From contig JAHLTZ010000035.1 in the NCBI GenBank assembly GCA_025786725.1, positions 1 to 64,000 on the forward strand: DNA of 64,000 nucleotides, written 5' to 3'. The notes under the pieces were generated by a model. It saw only the letters and a list, made by a program, of their open reading frames with translations. It had not been told where the DNA came from and did not search any database. A program made the position numbers and the translations under genes. This DNA is from Syncephalis fuscata S228. Lineage: Eukaryota > Fungi > Zoopagomycota. Shown here one piece after another: positions 54,305-64,000 of the stretch. The first letter of the stretch is position 1, and every line of letters begins with the position of its first letter.

Positions 54305-55171
54305 AAAGACTATCACTACTCATAGGTAGTGTTTTATTGTTTTGTTTTGTGACCACCACATGATTATTACGGTTTTTGTTGTTGTTGTTGTTGCTATTGT
54401 TGCTGTTGTTGTTGCTGTTGCTGTTGTTGTCATTTACGATAATGATAGTCATGTTGTCTCGTTATATTGAAGGATACAAGTGAATAGAATGAATGGATAT
54501 GAATGTTTTTGTTATAATATCCATTCATTCTATTAATTGAATAATCTTGACATACTTTTGATTTATTCTATTCACTTGTATACTTACTCGCTCACTCACT
54601 CGCTCACTTTCTTCTTCTTTCTTATCTTTTCTTTCGATAGTGAATGATTTTACATTTAAAGTAACATTTTTTATTTAACGTCATTTACAAATCGTTTGAT
54701 TTTAGTTCGCTTTCTTTTCTTTTGATTCTCTCTCTATCACTATCACACACACACACACTCGACTATTGCTACCACAAATATCTTCATTACTATATTGATT
54801 ATTAATTATCAATTATGATTATCTCTAGCGCTATCATTATCACTATATTGTCATTATCAGCACCACATCACCATTATCATCATCATCATCATCATCATCA
54901 TCATTATCATACCTTTTGCTTGCTTCTTCATAATCGTCCCTGCTTTTCTTACTTTTTCATATTATCATTACAATGATGGTTGGATTATTTTGAACTACTG
55001 ATCATATATTGTCTATGATACATTTATTGTTTAAAAAATGAAAGAGAGAATAAGAATGGCCATGATGGGCTTATTATATTTAATCAGTGACAATGTAATC
55101 GTTTTAATAACATATAATAATAAGATATATAATATATGATATATGATATATTAACTCAAATGACTTATTTA

Positions 55172-56601
55172 TTAAGCACGGATTACTTCATCAATGGCAC
55201 GGGCAAAATAGGCCACATTGCCACGATTAAGTCCAGCCATGGAGATACGACCATTATCTGTCATATAGATATGGAAGCGTTCACGTAGTACTTTGACTTG
55301 ATGAACCTTTAATCCAGTAAATGAAAACATACCGATCTGATCAATGATATGTTGCCAGTTACCAGGTGTACCTTGTTTAACCAATTCATCGTAGAGAGCA
55401 CGACGCATATCGATAATACGACCAGACATTGTACGTAGATTACCAAGCCATTCTTCGTATAAAACTGGATCGTTTAGTACCATGGAGACAATACGGGCAC
55501 CAAAGGCAGGTGGATTTGAGATATTGGCACGGGCCAGTTTAGCTAGTTGTGAATGGACAGCTTTAGCTTGTTCTGGATGACGGGCCACCACAGTTAAACA
55601 GCCACATCGTTCGCTGTAGATACCAAAGTTCTTGGCGTAGGATTGCGCAACAAATAGCTCAAAGCCACGATTGACAAATAGACGGACAGCCCATGCGTCA
55701 CGGTCAACATCACCAGTGGCAAAACCTTGATAGGCACAATCGAAGAATGGGAAATGTTTCTTGGCAGCCATAACATCGGCGATTTGGTGCCATTGTGCTT
55801 CATTTGGATCAACGCCAGTTGGATTATGAGCACAGGCATGCAAAATAATAATTGAACCATCAGGTGCAGCCTATTAAATAATACCATTATGATTAGTATA
55901 TATATATATGTGTGTGTGTGTGTTAGTATGATATATTGTAATAATAGCACGATAAATAAATAAAATGTATTATTACCTTAAGCGAGTTAAGGAATCCATC
56001 GATATCAAGTGACAGTGTATCTGGATTGATATACGTGTATTCTTGTACGTCAAATCCAGCACTGGCAAAGATGGCGCGATGATTAGCCCAGGTAGGATTT
56101 GAGATAAGTACTTGGGCACCGGGACGGTAGAACTTGGCTAGGAAAGCGGCACCTAACGAGTTGGCGCCAGTACCGGAGATTGTTTGCGCTCCCGATGTAC
56201 GCTGTTCTTTAATGCTGGGCTATCGGCTCCCAGTATTAGCTTGGCGGAAGCACTGACCAATTGGGGCAAGCCAGTAATAGATAGATACTCGTGGTCAAGC
56301 GTAGTATCAGTAAGCAAGGCTTGTTTGGCCTAAGTAAAAGATGATTAGTATATATATATATCGCTATTTAGTGTAGTATAGTTACCTTCTGTACTACAGG
56401 TAATACCCAGGGACGGCCTTGGTCATCGCGGTAGGCACCTACACCTAGATTGATTTTTTCCACGGTTGGATCGGCCTTGTAGGAGGCGGTGAGATGAAAG
56501 ATCACATCAGGTGGTGCAAGTTCAACGGCGCCAAAGAAAGAATCGTTTGTCTGTTCGCCAGTTAAATGACCCGACAATGTTTGTAGTCGCTGTTCGGCCA
56601 T
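55172..56601 (-). CDS. AAT2: Aspartate aminotransferase, cytosolic type, with N-terminal PTS2-like motif
   Basis: INLGVGAYRD, QTISGTGA, SNPTWANH, LHACAHNPTGVD, FFDCAYQGFA, PLP lysine motif SYAKNFGIYSER, GRISMAGLN. Confidence 0.95.
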
Positions 56602-57274
56602 AGTGATATAGTTGCTGGTAGAGTAGCGATAGTAGTTAGAAATAAAAGTTGTAAAAATAAAAGTTGTCACTTGATAGAGTGCTATAAGTAGTCAACTGAG
56701 ATTAAAACTACTTATGCGGTAAGAATTAGATGATGACGCATTTGCCTGTGTTTGCATGGCAGTACGGGCACAGACAAATACAATAGGCGCTATTCATGAT
56801 ATATTTATGATATTTATTATTGTTATTTAGAAATTGGAATGTAGATTAGATTTTTGTATAGAACAAATGCACAAGTAGTTGTACTGTATTGTATTTGCCC
56901 TATTCTAGCACTTGTATCATATATACTGTTTATAGTTATAAAAATAGCAACAAATAGAAACAATATTTTAATGACGAGAATGTAGTTTGCAGCATGTTTT
57001 CATTAACATGTGGTGTTGTAACTTGTGTTTTGAATTTGAAATCATTGATAGAATGTTCAAATAAATTCTTGTTTTATTCTCTATAAATAAAATGTGGATC
57101 TATAGCATTGTTTTAAATCACCTATCTAAGATTATCCACATGTACCATGCAAAATTTTTTGAAATGAGCGACGTTATAAACTACAGTAATGTAATATTGT
57201 GAAGACAATTTTTTTGCTCATTTTAAACCTGCTCATTTTTAGCCATTATTACAGCTACTATCACCGCTAGAAAT

Positions 57275-57670
57275 ATGAATTGCCTTAGTAGTATTCTCGT
57301 TATAAGCTATGCTCTTTTGCTTCAGCTTTGCAACACTGACCAAGCTTCTGCAGCAGTAATGATTGATCCAAGTATTTTACAAAAGTCAAATTTGTGTGCC
57401 GATTCGATGAGCCAAAGTTATTCGGTCGGAGAATTCGTAAAAATTAATGAAAAAGAAAAATTAGCTTTGACAACAAAATGGAGAAATACCATGTTAGGTT
57501 GCACAGCCAGTGCTGAAAACGGTGAAAAGTTTTATTTGATCGATTGTTTAGCGCTAAATGATAAACAAGGCTCAAAATTTAGTTCTGCATTGAAGGAAAG
57601 CAATAATCATTACTTCTCTTTTAAAGCACATGGTTATAAATGTTTTATTTCCCGAGTGGATCAACGATAG
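57275..57670 (+). CDS. Small secreted Cys-containing protein, 131 aa, unknown function
   Basis: Hydrophobic N-terminus ending ASA-A, 4 Cys in the mature part, TATAAA ~100 nt upstream. Confidence 0.6.
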   Translation: MNCLSSILVISYALLLQLCNTDQASAAVMIDPSILQKSNLCADSMSQSYSVGEFVKINEKEKLALTTKWRNTMLGCTASAENGEKFYLIDCLALNDKQGSKFSSALKESNNHYFSFKAHGYKCFISRVDQR

Positions 57671-58427
57671 TTTATAAATAAAACCTAGAATAAAGTATTA
57701 AAACTATTTGCATAAAAAGATGTAATAGCATAAGCTAGACAAGTCATCAAAGCATTAGTTATCATTATAACAAATATAGTTTTTAAATGATGTTGTTAAA
57801 ATAAATATTAAATCTAATAGCGTATACATTGTTGTATTGCTATGTTTATACCATTAGCAAGAAATAGTGGTTGAATAAATCTAACAAGCCATATCGTTTT
57901 AGGAATATCAATATTAATGCCGATTAAAAAGCAATCTAACAGATATATACTGTTGTTCTAGAATATCCAGAAACTCAACAATTAGCGGAATGTTCATTAT
58001 GCTATAAAGGTTGTTGGGAATAAACGAGAGTTTTAACTACTAGCTCCGACAATACCAAATAAGCTGTGAGCTGAAGTAAAAACGACAGCATTATTTCTAC
58101 TTCCTTTCTGAGCTCGTAATACTGATGCTAAATATAGCTATGCAAAAAAGCGTAAATTACATGTGCCGAGTAATAATTTTAACATAAAAGTAGCAACCAA
58201 AACATGTTTATCACAAAAAAGCAATGCAAAAAAATATGTCATGGTGGTTTAGCCGATGTTCTAAATTCAGCACTTTATCTACGCTATAGAGTACTTTGGC
58301 AAAAATAAATACTTTGATATACTGCGCTACTTTCTATTCTATTCTGTACAAAAACTACAATTTTTTATTTATCCAGCTTTTCACGGATTTGAGGTTTATT
58401 GTCGCTATTAACGAATATTAATTTATT

Positions 58428-59539
58428 ATGATTAAAACCTGCTTTTTTACTCTTGCTACTGCTTGCAGTTTAGCTATTCTTATTAGTGTACCAGAATCTC
58501 ATGCCGATGGCGGAAGAATGGGCGGTATGTGTAGTTAAATACATTATATACATACATGTATAGTATTGCTGACACATTATATTGTTTATGTAGGACCTAG
58601 CATCAAAGGCGTTGCTGGTCGTGATCACTTGGAAGTAAATGCAGCAGACTATGGACTCAGTGAAATTGACTGGAAAGGCGGAGAAAAAGATTAAGCGTCA
58701 ACAAGGCAAAGTGGCATGGTAATGACGTTGTTCTTAAATGTGGCATAAAGCTTCAAGGTGAATTGATTGCTTTTAAGGTAATTATAAAATGCTGGTTATT
58801 CAATCAAATGCTAAATGTAAATAATAGAAATTATACAATGCTATACCAAAACTAAGAACCCAAGGTGTGGTCGGAGAAGACAACGTAATGATACCATTAA
58901 GCGAGTTTCCAATTCCAAGATCTGAAGAAACACCTCAAGGAATTGTAAATTGTTTTATTTACAATTTATTGAGGGTATTACATTAGATCAGTTTATTATA
59001 AATAACCCATCGCTCGACGCAAGAGCTCCATATTTGAAGGCAATATTCGCCGATGCATTTAAAGGTAGATACTTGCATTGATACACATGCATAAATATTA
59101 ACTGTTATTAGGCGTTACATATTTGCATAAAGCTGGTTTTTTACACGGAGATTTGAATGCTAAAAGTACGTTGATTAATTTATTTATTTGCACATTCATA
59201 CTAACCATTTATACAGATATTATGGTATTTAAAGACTCCAGTAGGAATACTATAAAAGCAACTGTGATAGACTATGATCTTTCAATTCCTATTCCTCCCC
59301 CAGGTGTTGATTGTTCGGCTGATAACAGAGGAATGAGCTCTTTAATTAACCAGGCATTTAACAGTGGATTTCTTCTCAATTTGAAAACAGAGGACACTAC
59401 GAAAGTTCTAACCGGTAACTTGCCAAACAATCTATTATTTAAAGACAAGGCGAAAATTGTTAGTAATCTAATACCTCTTACTATTACTATGAACAGCCTT
59501 TTTCACTTTAAAGGTTGTGATATGACAAGATGGAATTGA
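58428..59539 (+). CDS. Secreted protein kinase-like protein, copy A (4 introns; homopolymer frameshifts)
   Basis: Signal peptide MIKTCFFTLATACSLAILISVPESHA, VVLKC, LHGDLNAK/NIMV, VIDYDLS. Confidence 0.75.
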
Positions 59540-60519
59540 ATAAGGCATTGCTATAATTTCATTTTAAAAGATTGCTAATAGTTTTGACTTTAGTCATAAA
59601 CTTTGAATTTTTAAATCATCATAATAAACAAACATTACAAACTATAGATGCACATGCTTAATGCGTAATCTGTAAACAATAAGTTCAAACATATATTTGA
59701 TACTAAATGATCGCCTTAATGATGAGCTTTTTATATAAAATGAATGTATAAGTAGCTGTATTGTATTATATTTGCCTTATTTTAATACTTGTATTGTATA
59801 TACCATTCATGGTTGTAGAAACAGAAGCGGCTAAATTGATAGTTGTAAAATCTGCTAGCTGAAAGTTAATAGATTTTATTAAAATAAATATTAAATCTAA
59901 TAGCGTATACATTGTTGTATTGAAATGTTTATATCGTTAGCAAGAAATAGTGGTTGAATAAATCTAACAAGCCATATCGTTTTAGGAATATCAATATTAA
60001 TGCCGATTAAAAAGCAATCTAACAGATATATACTGTTGTTCTAGAATATCCAGAAACTCAACAATTAGCGGAATGTTCATTATGCTATAAAGGTTGTTGG
60101 GAATAAACGAGAGTTTTAACTACTAGCTCCGACAATACCAAATAAGCTGTGAGCTGAAGTAAAAACGACAGCATTATTTCTACTTCCTTTCTGAGCTCGT
60201 AATACTGATGCTAAATATAGCTATGCAAAAAGCGTAAGTTACATGTGCCGAGTAATAATTTTAACATAAAAGCAGTAACCAAAACATGTTTATTGCGGAG
60301 AAAGCATATGCGGAGGGAAATAGGGGGTATAACATGAGTTAACAGGTGTTCTGAAACTAACGTTTTATTTATTGCGTAGCAGTGTTTTGGCGAATATAAA
60401 TACTCTAGCGTATTGCGCTACTTTCTGTTCTATTCTGTACAACAACTACAACTCTCCATTTATCCGACTTCTTTTAGATTTGAAATCTACCCTCGCTATC
60501 AACGAATATTACCTTTATC

Positions 60520-61643
60520 ATGATTAAAACCTGCTTTTTTACTCTTGCTACTGCTTGCAGTTTAGCTATTCTTATTAGTGTACCAGAATCTCATGCCGAT
60601 GGCGGAAGAATGGGCGGTATGTGTAGTTAAATACATTATATACATACATGTATAGTATTGCTGACACATTATATTGTTTATGTAGGACCTAGCATCAAAG
60701 GCGTTGCTGGTCGTGATCACTTAGAAGTAAATGCAGCAGACTATGGACTCAGTGAAATTGACTGGAAAGGCGGAGATCAAAGATTGAGCATCAACAAGGC
60801 AAAGTGGCAAGGCAACAATGCTGTTCTTAAATGTGGCATACAACTTCAAGGTGAATTGGTTGCTTTTAAGGTAATTATAAAATGCTGGTTTATTCAATCA
60901 AACGCTAAATGTAAATAATAGATGCTAAAAGCAGCTATACCAAAACTAAAAGTAGATGAAGTAAACAACGTAATGATACCATTAAGCGAGTTCCCAATTC
61001 CAGGATCTGAAAAAACACCTCAAGGAATTGTAAATTGTTTTGTTTACAAATTCATTGATGGTATCACATTAGAACAGTTCTTTATAAATAACCCATCGTT
61101 TGCCGCAAGGGCACCGGTTTTGAACGAAATATTTGCTCACATATTTAAAGGTAGATACTTGCATTGATACACGTGCATAAATATTAACTGTTAGTAGGCG
61201 TTACTGTTTTGCATAAAGCTGGTCTTTTGCACAAAGATTTGAATGCCAAGAGTACGTTGATTAATTTATTTATTTGCACATTCATACTAACCATTTATAC
61301 AGATATTATGGTACCTAGAGATTTTAGTAAAAGTCTCATAAAGGCAATTATCATCGACTATGATCTTTCAATTCCTATTCCTTCTCCAGGTGTCGATTGT
61401 TCAATAGATAACAAAGGAATGAGTCCTTTAATTAACCAAGCACTTAACAGTGGTTTCCTCCTCAATCAGCCTTTAAGCGCCATTACTAAAGCCCTAGCCG
61501 ATAACTTGCCAAACAATCTATCGGTTACACAAAAGACCAAAATTACTGCCGATCTGAAACCACTTGCTACTATTATGAACAATCTCCTTCGTTTTAAAGG
61601 TTGTGATATGACAAGTGTGGAATTAAATAAGGCATCGCTATAA
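60520..61643 (+). CDS. Secreted protein kinase-like protein, copy B (intact, 4 introns)
   Basis: The spliced ORF is open throughout: signal peptide, AVLKC..E, CFVYKFIDGITL, LHKAGLLHKDLNAK/NIMV, IIDYDLS. Confidence 0.85.
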
Positions 61644-62595
61644 TTTCATTTTAAAAGATTGCTAATAGTTTTGACTTTAGTCATAAACTTTGGATTTTTA
61701 AATCATCATAATAAACAAACATTACAAACTATAGATGCACATGCTTAATGCGTAATCTGTAAACAATAAGTTCAAACATATATTTGATACTAAATGATCG
61801 CCTTAATGATGAGCTTTTTATATAAAATGAATGTATAAGTAGCTGTATTGTATTATATTTGCCTTATTTTAATACTTGTATTGTATATACCATTCATGGT
61901 TGTAGAAACAGAAGTAGCTAAATTGATAGTTGTAAAATCTGCTAGCTGAAAGTTAATAGATTTTATTAAAATAAATATTAAATCTAATAGCGTATACATT
62001 GTTGTATTGAAATGTTTATATCGTTAGCAAGAAATAGTGGTTGAATAAATCTAACAAGCCATATCGTTTTAGGAATATCAATATTAATGCCGATTAAAAA
62101 GCAATCTAACAGATATATACTGTTGTTCTAGAATATCCAGAAACTCAACAATTAGCGGAATGTTCATTATGCTATAAAGGTTGTTGGGAATAAACGAGAG
62201 TTTTAACTACTAGCTCCGACAATACCAAATAAGCTGTGAGCTGAAGTAAAAACGACAGCATTATTTCTACTTCCTTTCTGAGCTCGTAATACTGATGCTA
62301 AATATAGCTATGCAAAAAAGCGTAAATTACATGTGCCGAGTAATAATTTTAACATAAAAGTAGTAACCAAAGCATGTTTATTGCGGAGAAAGCAATGCAA
62401 AAAAATAAGAACATATCAGCCAGTGTTCTAAATTTGACAATTTATTTATTGCATAGCAGTGTTTTAGCAAATATAAATACTTCGATATATTGTGTTACTT
62501 TCTATTCTATTCTGTACAACAACTACAACTCTCCATTTATCCGACTTCTTTTAGATTGAAGTTTACCGTCGCTATTAACGAATATTAATTATATC

Positions 62596-63721
62596 ATGCT
62601 TAAAACCTGCTTTTTTACTCTTGCTACTGCTTGCAGTTTAGCTATTCTTATTAGTGTACCAGAATCTCATGCCGGTAACGGAAGAATGGGCGGTATGTGT
62701 AGTTAAATACATTATATACATACATGTATAGTATTGCTGACACATTATATTGTTTATGTAGGACCTAGCATCAAAGGCGTTGCTGGTCGTGATCACTTGG
62801 AAGTAAATGCAGCAGACTATGGACTCAGTGAAATTGACTGGAAAGGCGGAGATCAAAGATTAAGCATCAACAAGGCAAAGTGGCATGGTAATGACGTTGT
62901 TCTTAAATGTGGCATAAAGCTTCAAGGTGAATTGATTGCTTTTAAGGTAATTATAAAATGCTGGTTTATTCAATCAAATGCTAAATGTAAATAATAGAAA
63001 TTATACAATGCTATACCAAAACTAAGAACCCAAGGTGTGGTCGGAGAAGACAACGTAATGATACCATTAAGCGAGTTTCCAATTCCAAGATCTGAAGAAA
63101 CACCTCAAGGAATTGTAAATTGTTTTATTTACAATTTTATTGAGGGTATTACATTAGAACAATTTTTCATAAATAACCCATCGCTCGCCGCAAGAGCTCC
63201 ATATTTGAAGGCAATATTCGCCGATGCATTTAAAGGTAGATACTTGCATTGATACACATGCATAAATATTAACTGTTATTAGGCGTTACATATTTGCATA
63301 AAGCAGGTTTTTTACACGGAGATTTGAATGCTAAAAGTACGTTGATTAATTTATTTATTTGCACATTCATACTAACCATTTATACAGATATTATGGTATT
63401 TAAAGACTCCAGTAGGAATACTATAAAAGCAGTTATCATCGACTATGATCTTTCAATTCCTATTTCCACTCAAATGGAGCAACTAGCAACAATTGTGTAC
63501 TAGACAATCGAGGAATGGGCTCTTTAATTAGCCAGTCGTTTAACAGCGGATTTCTCCTCGGTCTGAAAATAGAAAAAATTACTAAAGCTTTAACCGGTAA
63601 CTTGTCAAACAAGCTATCACCTAAAATTAAGTACAAGATTGTTAGTAATCTAATACCTCTTACTATTACTATGAACAGCCTTTTTCACTTTAAAGGTTGT
63701 GATATGACAAGATGGAATTGA
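62596..63721 (+). CDS. Secreted protein kinase-like protein, copy C (4 introns; one frameshift at ~63470)
   Basis: Same architecture: MLKTCFFTL signal peptide, LHGDLNAK/NIMV, IIDYDLS. Confidence 0.75.
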
Positions 63722-63884
63722 ATAAGGCATTGCTATAATTTCATTTTAAAAGATTGCTAATAATTTTGACTTTAGTCATAAACTTTGGATTTTTAAATCA
63801 TCATAATAAACAAACATTACAAACTATAGATGCACATGCTTAATGCGTAATCTGTAAACAATAAGTTCAAACATATATTTGATA

Positions 63885-64000
63885 CTAAATGATCGCCTTA
63901 ATGGTGGGCTCTTGTGCCCGATCAGCACCTAGTTCTTGTAGATACTGAACAAGATCGCCAAACTGTTGTTTGTTCGCTATTGACAGCTCTTCGGTATGAG
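63885..64000 (-). CDS. 3' end of a gene extending beyond the window
   Basis: GC-richer open frame ...HTEELSIANKQQFGDLVQYLQELGADRAQEPTIKAII*. It is weakly ankyrin-like. Confidence 0.4.
   Translation of the reverse strand, partial: HTEELSIANKQQFGDLVQYLQELGADRAQEPTIKAII

Larger units (their letters stand above)
57796..63903 (+). repeat. Tandem array of three ~2.08 kb units (starts ~57796, ~59879, ~61966)
   Basis: Each unit opens ttaaaataaatattaaatctaatagcgtatacattg. Intergenic sequence and introns are near-identical. Confidence 0.95.

Overview
AT-rich eukaryotic (fungal) genomic DNA with short spliceosomal introns. Gene content and expanded families suggest an early-diverging fungus, possibly a Zoopagomycota parasite such as Syncephalis (inference). 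Conserved housekeeping genes (patatin TAG lipase, DBR1, NDUFA4-like, VMA6, GGC1, TatD, eIF3h, ClpX, peroxisomal ABCD, FPGS, ATP16, ATP2, Swi5/Sae3, an RBMS/Rim4-like RRM protein, aspartate aminotransferase) alternate with lineage-specific islands. Island 1 (1-17.8 kb) is an inverted duplication of a head-to-head gene pair: a secreted FAS1-like protein and a 2-TM DEG/ENaC-like membrane protein. Its non-coding DNA is nearly identical between arms while the coding DNA is strongly diverged and mosaic, and the arms bracket four housekeeping genes. Island 2 (32-41 kb) has intronless F-box-like genes, a secreted subtilase lacking its catalytic His and its prodomain, and a small secreted peptide hidden by a frameshift. 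Island 3 (57-64 kb) is a ~2.08 kb x3 tandem array of signal-peptide-bearing minimal kinase-like genes. Many single-base deletions, also in essential genes, point to uncorrected long-read indel errors, so most frameshifts are not treated as pseudogenisation. Exon boundaries and identities were read by eye.
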